From the human T2T-CHM13v2.0 reference genome, Homo sapiens: a stretch of 64,000 nucleotides of DNA. The notes beneath the pieces are model-generated. The model saw only the letters and a list, made by a program, of their open reading frames with translations. It did not search any database and had not been told where the DNA came from. This document shows, piece after piece, positions 27,005-41,585 of the stretch. The DNA lies in assembly GCF_009914755.1 (NCBI RefSeq), contig NC_060939.1. The stretch is one strand, 5' to 3'. The number at the start of each line of letters is the position of its first letter. The stretch's first letter is position 1. The translations under genes were made by a program, and so were the position numbers.

Positions 27005-28670
27005 TGTAAGGGTACTGTCCTTATTTAAAGATAATGTATTTATTTTTAGAAGATGGATTCTGCATAACTGTGTTTTAGTTAATAATACATGTGACTTATG
27101 TTCAAATGCTTCATTTGCCCAATTGTATAGAGAGGAAGCATACATGATAATTTAAAACAGTAGATTAATCTATATAAAGGGTATTGAGGTGTTTATTGTA
27201 CAAGTATTTCAAATTTGTGTAGGTTTAAATTTGAAAAAATGCTTGGAGGGGGATTTTTTTCTTAACTTTTTGTAGACACATTGTAGACAATATAAAAGAT
27301 TAATTATAATCTTTTATAATTTATATGAATGATTTCTAATGAACACAATAAAGTCATTTATTATCTATTTCTAAATAATTTATAAAGCTTACAGGAGACA
27401 TATTAGAAGGGCTCCATTTCAGCCCAGAGAAATGACTACTTTGGAGAAACATGGCTTAAAGAGGTTGTGGATGGAAGTTCAGAGTTTAACACCGGGTTTC
27501 AGTAACTTCCATGAGAGTTAACACTGTGATATTTTTTTCTGAAATACCCCTAATCGAAAGATATGAAAGGAAAGATAACACAATTCAATTACTAGTTATA
27601 GTGGGTTAAAAAAATTCTAATCGCTGAGGCAAAAGTTAGAATTTGTATACCATATAGTCATGGTAAAAATAAAATTACAGACAATCTAACAAACACTGAC
27701 CTCTGAAAGGACTTTCATAGGAATGTACATTATGTGGAAGAGATGTGTTCTATATAACCTTGAAGTGAAGGTAGATAAAGAACCTACGCGAAAAACAATC
27801 TTATCACATCATTACCCTACTTAAAACTCATTAGTGACTCTATACTGTCAGGATAAAAATATAAATCCTTGAGCCTGCCTAACAGAATTTCCATAGCCTA
27901 TTCCCATTATACCCTCCACCTTCTTTCCTACTGATTTTCCCACCAGTATTTGCACTGCCTCCAACAAGCCAAACATTTATGGACTCCAAGAAACTGCACG
28001 GGTTTCCTTTTCAATGTCATGGACAAATCTGTCTAGCTGTCCAAGTCCTTTTCAGCTTTCTGAGCTCTGCCCAATCACAGTCATCCCTTCCGTAAAGCTT
28101 TCCATCACTCTCCCCTAACTAAGATGACCACTTCACCCTCAGAATATTCCACATATTTATCTCCCCAATTTAGTAACTGCATTAAAATTAGGGACAATGT
28201 CTTATTTGTCCTGTCTTATTAATATCTAATAGTGAGGTGCTAACTCTGAAATCAACAAGTGCCTACTTGATCAAGCATCTTGTATTTTCCATATATAATA
28301 GTGGATGATAACATGTGAACTAAGGCAAAGTGAAGAAACAAAACTAAAAGAGATTCTTGCCAATACAGAAAACAATGATCATCCTTCTGACAAATACAGT
28401 AGATTGCTTTTGGTATTCCAAATTTGATTCCCTGGAAGGGGACTCAAAATAGAATGTATTGCCCTCCAAAATACTCTGAGCCACCAAAACAGATTTTATC
28501 TACATAGTATCTAAAGCTATCCAAATGTGATGTGAAAATGTAATTGTTAACTTTAGTATGTATCTACATAGCCAAAAATGCCACTTAATATAAAGCAACA
28601 ATTTATAGCAATATATTATTAAGCTCCTCATGAATGCTTAGAGTGATGCTCTAACATCTTACTATTTAAA

Positions 28671-28820
28671 TACTGTCCTCAGAAGTGTACTCTCAAGATC
28701 ACCTCAGAACTTGTTAGAAATGCAAATTATTGGATCCCAGTCCAGACCTTTTGATTTGGAACATGCGTTTTAACAAGATCACTAGATGATCATATAGGTA
28801 TTAAAGTTTGAAAAGCACTT
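28671..28820. mobile_element. MER5 family MITE
   Basis: CTTGTTAGAAATGCAAAT...TTTTAACAAGATC...AAAGTTTGAAAAGCACT. Confidence 0.8.
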
Positions 28821-30224
28821 GTCTAAAAGATATCTAAAATATCTAGAAGAAAACCTGAGTTTGACTAACCTTTTTTATGGAAGAAAACATTTTGCATTTG
28901 CTCTGGTGGTGTCAACTCAGCTGTTGTGGCCACATTCCTAATACACGAGATTGCTGATAGCATTTGTATCCATCTTGTATCTGTGTTATCAGGCACACAC
29001 ACTTGTCTGCATCTGCTGTTCACAGATAAAGCTCACATTTTTGAAATGAGTAGCTATATCACCCTATTTGTCCTCAAATAATCACCTAGTGTTTATTTTC
29101 TTTCTGTGGAGGAATGTGCATGAGTCCACACACTACAACTTGACTTCATAATGCATTCAATATTTTTAAATTCAAAAACGAGCAATAGAAATGTGCATTG
29201 TTGGACTACTTTGAGTCAAGGAGATTAAAAATTAATAGTAAAGAAACAGCTTAGGTAAAACTGTGGTTTTCATGTTAGTTTCTTTTTGTAGCTGTGCTTT
29301 CTGAAATTGACTTCAGTTTCTTCAGTTAAAATTTGAAATGCAAATAATAAAGTTATTTAAATTTCTAGGGATTATGCTGAGATTTCTTTTTAAAAGAAAT
29401 AAAGCATCTTTTGCTAAAAGAAATGCTTGAAATGTAATGACCTATTTAGAAGACAATAAGTGTATTGAATAGAGTTATAAAAAACAGTACATTTCTGCAT
29501 TTAAATAACCTATGATTTGACACTTTTTGTTTCCCTTTAAAAATAAATAAGACTTACATTAGCCAAGGAGAATTTTGGTAGCTTGACTAGAGATAAATTC
29601 TCCCACAGGTTAACAGACAAAACCCGTAAGAGAAGCACATCAATAGGTTTCTGTATCTGCCATCTTTGTTTACTTAAAGACTTGATGAGTTGGTCTAAAT
29701 AGGAACCGTATGTTTCATTTGCATGCAATGGATTGAGGGCTCTATCACTTCTGTTTGGAAGGAATTTTTCAGGGATGATACAATAGTTCACTTACTCATG
29801 TTTTCTGGGAGAATCATACCAAATGACAAAATTACACTTGCAATTCATTAGATGTAATTAATGATTTAGGGAGGTCATTGTTCATATCAATAAAGAGATA
29901 AAATTTAGTATGGGGATGAAAGCACTTTTAGATATTTTATTTGGTTAACATAGTAATCACATTTCACACAGTACAGCTTTATAAATATAATTTAAAATCT
30001 TTAATGAACAGGGAGTAATGTCTAGGTTTTAATTTTTCCAGTGACTTAATGCTTAATGATAGAGGTAAGATATTACTCCTAAATGTTTTCATATATACTG
30101 CATCTACTCACTTAAACCAATGTAATGGACTCTAGATGTTACAACTGATTGGTAGGTAGAGTTTAAGGAGATTGGCATTTATGATTTTGATTTTTTAATT
30201 TCATAGCATACTAAGTTTAAAAAC

Positions 30225-32491
30225 TTGAGTCTGGACAATTTACAAAAGAAAGAGGTTTAATTGGACTTATAGTTCCACATGGCTGGGGAGGCAACACAAT
30301 CATGGTGGAAGGCAAGGAGGAGCAAGTCACATCTTACAAGGACAGCAGCAGGCAAAGAGAGCTTGTGCTGGAAAACTCCCGTTTTTTAAACCATCAGATC
30401 TCGTGAGACCTATTCACTATCATGAAAACAGCACAGGAAAGACCTGCTCCCATAATTCAATCACCTCCCACTGGAGTCCTCCCATGACACATGGGAATTA
30501 TGGGAGTTTCAATTCAAGATGAGATTTGGTGGGAACACAGCCATACCATATCATTCCGCCCCTGACCCCTCCAAAATCTCATGCCCTCACATTTCTAAAC
30601 CAATTATGCCCTCTCAACGGTCCCTCCAAGTCTTCACTCATGTCAGCATTATCTCAAAAGTCCACAGTCCAGTGTCTTATCTGAGACAAGGCAAGTCCCT
30701 TATGCTTATGATCCTGTAAAATCAAAAGCAAGTTAGTTACTTCCCAGATACAGATATTGGGTAAATACAGCCATTCCAAATGGGAGAAATCAGCCAAAAC
30801 AAAGGAGCGACAGGCCCCATGCAAGTCTGAAATCCAGAGGGGCAGTCAAATCTTAAAGCTCCAAAATGAGCTCTTTTGACTGCATGTCTCGCATCTGGGT
30901 CACTCTGATGCAAGAGGTGGGTTCCCATGTTCTTGGGCAGGTCCATCCCTGTGGCTTTGCAGGGTACAGCCTCTCTCTCTGCTGCTTTCATGGGCTGGCA
31001 TTGAGTGTCTTTGGCTTTTCCAGGCACATGGTGCAAGCTGTCAGTGGATCTGCCATTCTGGGGTCTGGAGGACAGTGGTACTCTTCTCACAGCTCCACTA
31101 GGCAGTGCCTCAGTAGGGACACTGAGTGGGGGCTCTGACCCCACATTTCCCTTCTGCACTGCCCTAGCAGAGGTTCTCCATGACAGCCCCACCCCCCAGC
31201 AATCCAGACATTTCCATACATCCTCTGAAATCTAGGCAGAGGTTCTCAAACCTCAATTCTTGATTTCTGTGCACTTGCAGGCTCAACACCACGTGGAAGC
31301 TGCCAAGGCATGAGGCTTGCACCCTCTGAAACCACAGCCCAAGCTCTATGCTGGCCCCCTTCAGCCACAGCTGGAGTGGCTGGGATACAGGGCACCAAGT
31401 CCCTAGGCTGCACACAGCACAGGGACCCTTGGCCTGGCCCATGAAACCACTTTTTCCTCCTAGTCCTCTGGGCCTGTGATGGGAGGAGTTGCTGCAAAGG
31501 TCTCTGGCATGCCCTGGAGACATTTTCTCCCATTTTCTTGGGGATTAACATTGTGCTCCTCATTACTCATGCAAATTTCTGCAGCCTGCTTGAATTTCTC
31601 CTCAGAAAATGGAATTTTCTTTTCTATCACATTGTTAGGCTGCAAATTTTCTGAACTTTTATGCTCTGCTTCCCTTATAAAACTGAATGCCTTTAACAAT
31701 ACCCAACTGCCTCCAACAAGCCAAAGTCACCTCTTGAATGCTTTGCTGCTTAGCAATTTCTCCTGCCACATACCCTAAATCATCTCTTTCCAGTTCAAAG
31801 TTCCACAAATCTCTAGGGGAGGGGCAAAATGCCACCAGTCTGTTTGGTAAAACATAATGAGAGTCACCTTTCCTCCAGTTCCTCACAAGTTCCTCATCTC
31901 CATCTGAGACCACCTCAGCCTGGATTTCTTTGTCCATGTCATTATCAGCATTTTTTTCAAAGCCATTTAACAAGTCTCTAGGGAGTTCCAAACATTCCCA
32001 CATTTTCTGGTCTTCTTCTGAGCCCTCAAAACTGTTCCAGCCGCTGCCTATTACCCAGTTCCAACATTGCTTCTACATTTTCAAGTATCTTTTCAGCAAC
32101 ACCCCACTTCTGGTACCAATTTACTGTATTAGTCTGTTCTTGCACTGCTGATAAAGACATACCTAAGACTGGGCAATTTACAAAGGAAAGAGGTTTGATG
32201 AGACTTGCAATTCCACATTACAGGGGAGGCCTCACAATCATGGTGGAAGGAAAGGAGGAGCAAGTCACATCTTACATGTATGGCAGCAGGCAATGAGAGC
32301 TTGTGCAGGGAAACTCCCATTTTTAAAACTGGCAGATTTCATGAGACTCATTCACTATCATGAGAACAGTGCAGGAAAGACTTGCCCCTATGATTCAATC
32401 ACCTCCCACTGGGTTCCTCCCATGACCTTTGAGAATTGTGGAAGTTACAATTAAAGATGAGATTTGGTGGGGACAGAGCCAAACCATATAA
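30225..32491 (-). mobile_element. THE1 (THE1A/B-like) MaLR provirus, LTR-internal-LTR
   Basis: 5' LTR 32125-32491; internal region 30554-32124 with broken MaLR ORF pieces; 3' LTR 30225-30553 lacking about 40 terminal nt relative to the other LTR. Confidence 0.95.
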
Positions 32492-32721
32492 ATGCTCTAT
32501 GCAAAATGCAAAGATTCTTCCCAAATTTCTAGTCTAAAAAGACTTTGATTTTGCCCCAAAATTCTTGGTTGGCCATACTGGCTTCTTAGACTTAGGAACT
32601 TTCTTACGGAAAGGGAAGAGGGAATGGCTCAAAGCAAACATAATTTGCGGTGTCATAAATGTAAATAAGTCATGCTTTGCTAATACTTTAATTGAAACAT
32701 AACATTTAAAAGGCTATTCTA

Positions 32722-33023
<302 letters not shown>

Positions 33024-33489
33024 GGACATCCTAGAGAGTTAAACTGTATTAAAGATTTTTTTACATGTCATATTAAAATTTATTCAAAAGGTTAAGGAAT
33101 GTAATGTCCCTGTCCTTGCATGAATGTAACTTCACTCTAGATTTTTTAAGGATATAATTTTTTAGGAGAGTAGCCAGTTTGTTCATGTAGAAAAATCACT
33201 AATGAAAACAAAGTAGACTTTCAGATATTGGAATGGGAGAATGTGAAGGAACAAAAACAGAAGTAAAATACACCCTCAAGGTGCTTATGATCTAAAGTGA
33301 GACTATACTATGTCTCAATACATACTCTAATATCCTTAAGGATGTATGCAGTAAATAAATGAGAGAAGTAAGGTAGGAAAAAATATGATATATGCTGGAA
33401 ATAGCAGGTGGTCTGGTTTTGATAAATTCAGTTGTAAATGAAGCAGAGAAAGATCAATCTTGGAAAAGAAATTTGTATAATTTCTATTC

Positions 33490-36400
33490 TATTTGCTAAA
33501 TTGTTTTTTCATGCCACTGGATGTAGTTTAACTTTCTGAATGTTCCATTCAAGCTAGAGAAGAATGGATAATCTGCTGCTGTTGGATGGAACACTCTATA
33601 AATGCCAATTAGATCAAGTTGATTTGTAGTGCTGTTCAGATCATCTGTATTCTTACCGATTTTCTACCTGCTGGATCTGTCAGTTGCTGCCAGACAAGTA
33701 TTCAAGTATCCAACACGATATTAGGGGATTTGTCTATTTCTCCTTTCAGTTCTATCAGTTTTCATCTCATTTAAGGCTCTGTTTTCAGTGCATACATGTT
33801 TAGAGCTATTATGTCTTTTTGCAATATTGGCCTCTTTATCATGTAATGTTTCTTTTTACCCTTGATGATTTACTTTGTTATGAAATCTGAAGTTAATACT
33901 CTCTGGCTTTCTCTTGATTAATGTTAGCATGATATCTTTATCTATCCCTTTAATTTAACATTTCTGCATATAAAATCTATGTCTAGATATTAAATATAAA
34001 TATTTAAAATAGGTTTCTTGTAGACAACATATAGTTTGATTTTTTAATCTATTCTGACAATTAAATGGCATATTTACACTACTCAGATTTAAAGTGAGTA
34101 TTAAAATCATTGGAATATTATCTACCATCTTTGTGGCTGTTTTCTGTTTATTGAATTTACTCTGTTTCTTCCCTGTTGGCAACTTTTCTTCCTTCTTTGG
34201 ACTTAATTGAGCATTTTGTATGATTCCATTTTTATTCCCTGTCATATAATTTATCTCTTTTTAAATTAATTAGTAATTATCCTAGAGTTTACAATATACA
34301 TTTTAAAGTAATCTGTATCTATCCTCTGATAACACTATACCACTTAATATATTGTACAGGCACTTTACAGCAGTGTATTCTCAATTCCTCTTTCCTGTTT
34401 CTTGTGATATTGATGGATGTTATTATTATTTATTATTTTCCTACACTTTCTTTAGGTAGAGCCAAATTTCTGACCTCCATAGTTTTTCTTTTGCCTAAAA
34501 ACTTCTTTAACATTTTGTCAGGGGAAGGTGTGCTCACAATGAACTCCTTCAGTTTTTATTTATCTGAGAAAGTCTATTTCTCCTTCAATGCTGAAGGATA
34601 ATTTGAAAGGATATAGGATTCTGTGGTTGTAGTATTTTTCTTTCAACACTTAAATATTTTACTGCTCTCTCTTATGATTACATGTTTTCTGAAGAGAAGT
34701 CTGACATAATTCTAATCTTTATTCCTCTGTAGGAGAGATAATGTTTCCTTCTCTGACATTCTTCAAGATTTTCTATTTGTCTTTAATTATTTGAAATTTG
34801 AATATGATATGCATGTGTGTGCATGTGCGTTTGTGTGTGTATTTGTTGTTTATTCTGTTCGGTGTTTTCTGAGCTCACCTGGACATGTAATTTGGTGTCT
34901 GTCATTAATTTAGAAAGGTCTTAGCCGTTATTACTTCAAATACTTCTGCCCCATATTTTTCCCTCTTCTTCTGCTACTGCAATTGTGCACCTTTGGAAAT
35001 TGTCCCTCAATTCTTAAATATTCTGTTGTTTTTTCATTATTTTTTCCTCCTTATATTTCTGTTTCAGTTGTTTCTATTGTCACATCTTCAATTATATTAA
35101 TTTTCTCCTTGGCTATATCCACAGAATGATTCTACTAAATACATTATTCATTTATAGAACATTATTCATGTTCTAAGACAGTTCTTCATTCTTCATTCTT
35201 TAGTAGAAGAACATTTTCAGTAAACAATGTCATACTTTATTTATTCATTCTTTGATTTCTAGCATTTTAAAATGTTTTCTTATAGTTTTTAATCTTTGAT
35301 TTTGTCAATTGTTGGTTTTTTCAGTTTTTTCTTTGCATGTTTTCTAATTTTTTCAAAACAGTTCTTAACGTATTGATCATAGCGATTTTAATTTTGCCGT
35401 CAGAAAATGCTAACATCTGTGTCATATCTGAATGTGTGCTCTGATTATATTTTATTCAGACTGTTTTTCTTTGCCTTTTAGCATGACTTATCATTTTTGC
35501 CTGAAAGCTGGACATGTATTGGGAAATACAAACTGAAGTAAATAGAGCTTTAATGTGAGAATTTATGTTAATCTGTTTAGGAGTCAGGGCTGTGTATAAT
35601 ATTTGTTATAGCTATAGGGACCAGGAGTTTCAATTTCCCCATTCCTTGTGTTTGTCTGCCCTCTTGCCTTTGGGAATTTCCTATGTACTTCTCCTTAGAG
35701 AGAGTTTGTGTCTTCCAGTTCTTTCAGCTGTAACCCACAATTATTATACTGGAGCCCTATTGAATGGTGGTAGAGTGAAGAGGAGGGGGATATTCTATAA
35801 TCTTTTATTTAAGTCTCAGTCTTTTCTTAGGCCTCTGTCTAAGGGATGTGGCCTTCCTTTCTCTTTCATGTTTGTGTCCCTCCTACAGTGTATAGCCCCC
35901 TCTTCCCACCTCTTCTTATGCAGCATTTCCGATCTGTTTTCCTTGAAACCCTGTTTCTCATTCATTGTGTTGCCCCTCACCTCCCTCCCCGACCTTAGAT
36001 CAAATAGGAAGGCTATATAGGACTGGAATAGAGAGGAATTCCCTTCCTCCAGCTGGAATAAGTTTTCAGAATTACATTCTGGCAAAGTCATTTTCCCTGA
36101 AGAGCAAGACTTTGTTACGAGAAAGGTTCAGCACATGTATCAGAATGTTTATACCTCCGTTTTCCATGCCAAAGCCATGAAAGGGTCTTTCTTGGATCCG
36201 CATGATGAGAACCTGGTGGATTCTTGGAAGGCAGGTCAAAACAGCGCGAGGGCCTTCTAAGACTGTAGCCTCCAGTAGTTTTCTCCCCCTCACACTAATG
36301 CATGCTCAGCGGCCAGCAATTTATCAACATTACCATTTAAGTGTTCCCACCAGTTTGTGGCTCCAGGGCCTTCTGCTCCTGGTGAGTAGATCTCCATTGA

Positions 36401-36590
36401 TGTAACTTTTTGGATGTCTCTGTGTCTTCAGGTTTCAGGGTGGCAGCTTGCTTTGCCACGTCTGTTCTCTAATGAGTTTAAGATAAGTTGTTGGTTCTTG
36501 ACTTATCCAGCTTTTTCTTATTTTAAGTAAGGGAGTGACTCTTTCCAATCTCTTTACATGTCCGAGCTAAAAGTAATAGTTCTTAAAAAA
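33490..36590 (-). mobile_element. Old L1M: ORF2 endonuclease start, ORF1 and 5' region
   Basis: ORF 33955-34245 contains ILTLNLSSVN...ICCLQETYFK, an L1 APE endonuclease N-terminal remnant; continuous antisense L1 phrases. Confidence 0.85.
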
Positions 36591-36600
36591 TAAGTGTGTC

Positions 36601-36927
<327 letters not shown>

Positions 36928-37781
36928 TCAAGAAGTTTGGATTTGAGGACAACTGAAGCTTTGAAACAAAGTTCTTATAGCAAAAGTCTGCTAAAGGAAA
37001 TATTAATTTAGCAGTAGTGCCCAAGTGGACTAAGGTCAGGGGAGATGGTAGATGGAAAGAGCAACTGGGAAGTTATTGATGTCTCTGCAGTAAATACTGA
37101 TAACTTAAATGCATGTTGCAAGAGTGCAAAGAGAAAAAGAAAAATGGAAATAAGAACTGCAAGGCAGAATAGCTTCAATGTGTAACTTATGGCACATGTA
37201 AGAAAAAGAAAGCAAAGGAGAAACCAATGGCCAATTCAAGGATTTCAAGGGAATAGTGAAGGCAGTGGTTGTAACTTTCACAAAAGTAAGGCCCAGAAGA
37301 CAAGTCAGAACCTTAGAACCTTGGAAAAGACATGCTTTGCTGGTCTCGGGCAGTTACATTCAAACGACTCATTAAAAAGATGGCAGCTGGAGATTTATAT
37401 TTGGAAGACTGCTGCATAGAGACTCTAGTTGAAGTTATGTGTCTGATTACCTTAGAGAATAATGGCATTTTATAATATTTCATTAATAATATTTAACAAT
37501 ATTTATAAAGCATCCACTGAAAATGAGTTTATGCAAGTATTGCTTGCTTACTTTCTTGTTCGAGCATAGGCAAAAGAGATTTAAAACAAGATACACCAAG
37601 CTGTCAATGAATAAAGTATTACCTAATGGATGCATCTAATGTGGGCCACATTTTAATGGACCTCCAATGGTGTCACATTTATCAGGCTCAAACCTATAGC
37701 CAGAGGTATTAGGGAAGTGTAAATTTATGGACACAATCCATTGGATGTGAAGTTGACCATAACACAGGGCTATTTTCTTCC

Positions 37782-38812
37782 TGACGTCACTAACTATGGA
37801 ACTGAAATGCATTTGGATCTTACCAGAAGCATCAAAGAAATTCCCATAAAATTGATATTCATAAGTACATTATATAGGAAAAGAGATTTCTTTTGAGTTA
37901 GTGTGTTTGGGTACATTTAGATTCTATGTATTAAAAATATAAACAAATAGCTAATAACAGTGATTAGGAAATAGGAGTAAGCATATAGGGAAAACATCTC
38001 TCATGCTATATATTGAGGGGACTTACTGTTAGTTCTAAAGAAGAAACCAAAATATTGAACGCACTGACACTATTGCATTTGAGTCCACAAATTAATTTGA
38101 AAAATCAAAGAAAAAATTTGCCAGACCAAAGATTATTTACCAATTCTTTCCAAATCAACTAATTTCTGAATTATTACCATTGCGTCATGTGTATAAGTCA
38201 AATTACCCAGGAGTGTAGCCCAACGTCAATTTATAAATAGACAAATAATGAAAGACAGATCCAGCATGGCTCTGTTCTATTTCTGCAAATTCCTGCTTAC
38301 CAGGTTTATAATTAGTGCCTGGATTCCTTTGAAAGTCATGCTGGCTTTGCATATTCAGAGTTCTTTTAGCTTTTGGAGATGTGCAGGTGTTGTCATGTGG
38401 AAGATAAACTACTTCCTTTGGAGTGATACAACACATTTCTGTATGAACTGATGCAGCCATACGTCACAGGCACTAAATCCAGGTGCTCTTGAAGAGCAGC
38501 TGAAAGTTAAAATCATTCCAGGTGGGATGCAAAGGCATAGAACATCAGCCATTCTCATAGGAGGTTATGACTTCTGCACAATCGCAGTCTATATATAAAT
38601 ATTATAGATTCATATTTTAAAGCATATGGCCTTACTCTAAACATGCATTTACACTTATTATTTATTTTTAAATATTTCTTGAGTTAGTGATGTACCTACC
38701 CTATGCACTCGAGGATTTCCATGAAGCTGCTGACCAATCAGAAGTCGCTCACCATAGGACTGGAAAATGAAAGAAAGAAATCTTGTGCCCATCTAGACAA
38801 TGACAGGAAGTG
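37782..38812. promoter_or_regulatory. Candidate CRE/MEF2 enhancer
   Basis: TGACGTCA at 37782; CGTCA at 38183, 38224 and 38462; TTATAAATAG at 38231; CCAATCA near 38734; ACAGGAAGTG near 38803; no recognisable repeat. Confidence 0.4.
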
Positions 38813-39116
38813 CTAAAGCTAAGGAACTTTCTTTTAAAGGAGAGCTACATTGCACAAAAGTGAAGAGTCAACTTTTCTAACTTATGAATAGCTAAACAGA
38901 TTAGACAATTTTAGATGGTACCTGAATTTTTCAGATTGGTTCTCTGTATTTACAAGATAAACGCATTTGTTGTCCACATCACTTTCTGTTATGCTAGCAA
39001 GAGTACAAATATCTTTTAAAAGTCAAGAGAAAGCAAGAGAGGGAGTTAAACAGAAGAGGTATGGCTAATATATTTCTTAAAGTTACAGTAGAAACATCAG
39101 CACAAACACTTTAAAG

Positions 39117-39328
39117 GAAGCTTGTCCAACCTGCTGCCTCTGGGCAACAAGCTGTCCAGGATGGCTTTGAATGCAGCCGAATGCAAATTGTAAACTTTCT
39201 TAAAACATGAGATTATTATTATTATTTTTTTAGTTCATCAGCTATCGTTACTGTTAGTGTATTTTGTGTGTGGCCCAAGACAATTCTTCCAGTGTGACTC
39301 AGTGAAGCCAAAAGATTGGATACCTCTG
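39117..39328. mobile_element. MER30 hAT MITE
   Basis: AAGCTTGTCCAACC...GCCAAAAGATTGGATACCTCTG; perfect 8-bp TSD CTTTAAAG at 39109-39116 and 39329-39336. Confidence 0.92.
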
Positions 39329-41354
39329 CTTTAAAGAGTGTGAACAGATTTTATGCTGCTAAATGTATAATACTTTTAGTTACACATATTAATAATATCT
39401 GGGATTCTTCTGATAGCTACTAAATTATAAATTTTATTTGAAAGAATTTGAACCCATTTTTGAGTGATAAGTGCATTGCAGCTTACTGTACTGAGGACTG
39501 GTGAAGTTTCTAAATAAATCATGTATTTTGTCACTTGGCCATGAAAAACACTATATGTTTTTCTCAATGGTGTCTGGGGCCAACTTTTGCAGGTCTAATA
39601 GTAGTATTTTTTCGGTATTGAACATGTTTAGAAGAGGCTTGCAAAGATAAGTAGAATGTAGGATTGAAATAAAATTGGGAGCAATATGGATCGTACATAT
39701 AAACAGTGTTAATATAGCAAATATTTTTAAGAAGCACACATTTTCATGATTATAAAATATACATGTTAACTTTAGAAATACAAAGTTAACCTATATAAAT
39801 AGAAAGCAAAAATAGAAAGCACAAAACAGAAATCATATGAAATCTTCCAATCGAATGAACCACTTTCTTTCATCTTGGTTCATATTCTTCCAATCTGTTT
39901 TCAAGCACTTTAAAAAGAACAACAGTGACCATCAACAGTTTTTCTTTTGTATTAAAAAAATCAATTTGCTATGTACAGAACGACAGCTTTATATTTTCAT
40001 CACACTACAAATTCTAACTAAATATGAAAAGTCAATTAGAAATGTTGGCTCTAAATGTTACTTTTTGGCTTTAGTTTTCTTTTTTTTATCGATGTTACTT
40101 TGATTTCCTTGACCTAAATAATTGGATCACTGTCTTTGTGGCCAACTTTCTCTCACGTATTTGAAATGTATTTTGCACATAATCTTAAATAAATCCCATT
40201 CAGTAACACCCATAAGTAATTATGATAGAGAAAAATACTATTAGAATAAAGAATAAATAGTCAATGATTAGTGCTACATAGAGGATAGATATTGTTTTTG
40301 TACAGTGTCTAACAGATAGTCCTGGCACTCACCTGTCTAAGAATGCACAGGGAATTAGAATGTTCTCTGTTTTAATGCATGTTAGAGCCATTGTTTAAAT
40401 AAGTTCTCATTTTTCCTTCCTCTACCCCAAAATACATGTTAACTAATATGAAAATTTTCATTTATGAGTTAACCTACTTTTTTTTATTATTGCAACCTCA
40501 CTATTCACTTTTATCTCATCCCTTCCAGACAGCAGCCAAAATGTTTAGATTCTATTTATTTTACACTTCTTGCCAAATTATCGCTAGATTTGTGCTTTAA
40601 AATTACATTCACAGACAGCTCACGTTGGGTGCATAAACATGTTTAATTCATTTGTCATTAGGCCATGTGACACCTTGTTCCTTTAACTTTGCAGCCCTTG
40701 CAGCAGGCTAGCAAAAGTCCTCTTTTCTGTGTGGGTTAGTTAAGATGTATCTGGCTGTTTTGCACTATCTTTAGTATGCAGGGAGCACAGAGATGAAGAT
40801 AAAAGGCGAAATGTCTATCTTTGAGTCCTCTGCAATACCGAATAAGTTATCAACCTACTAACATGCATGTCTGAATAGACTCCTTTGGCAACAGTGAGAT
40901 GTTATCTTCCATGACATGCGAATTCCTCCCTCATGTCAAGCCATGAAAGTACTAAAGAATGAACGCGCTAGTAAAATGAACGTGGCAACACCACTGGGGC
41001 TGTGAGAGCATCATATTTCCCCCATGCTCCTTTAAAAAAAATTTCTCCAGTTGAATTCTTGATATACATATAAATTAGTTAGTTTGAAGAACTGCTTGAA
41101 AACCCATCTCTTTAATCTTGTAGAGTAGGCGGAGGGCTGCATATACTCTATTTAATGCTCAGGGGCCTTGCTTTTTTCCCCTCAACCTTGCCAGCCTCCT
41201 TCACACCCAGCCCACACAGATGTAACTAAGAAACAGTTAGCCTGGATGCTGGTCAGTTGTGCTGGCCAAATAGCGTAAACTTGACTGTTTCTTGACCCAG
41301 AGTAGACTAACCCATAGCAAACGCAGACAGGCTGATTAATTTCATAACAATGAT

Positions 41355-41585
41355 CATAAGAAATGAGAGCTAACAGTGTGGGTATAAAAGCCACCATCTG
41401 CCAGATGCTATACAAGCACATTACATCCCTATGTCCTGGGTTGCTTCCACGAACCCTAAGAGGCTGCATTTAATATCCATTTTACAGGTGAGGAAACTGA
41501 GGCATGGAGAGCCTACTTAACAACAAAGTGGTGGGTTGGTATTCAAACCAAATATTGTGGCTACTCAGTCCATATCTCTAACTCT
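41355..41585 (-). mobile_element. MIR
   Basis: Core CCATTTTACAGGTGAGGAAACTGAGGC. Confidence 0.85.

Noticed and set aside
30737-32003. Overlapping 100-150 aa ORFs
   Set aside because: Frameshifted pieces of the THE1 internal ORF
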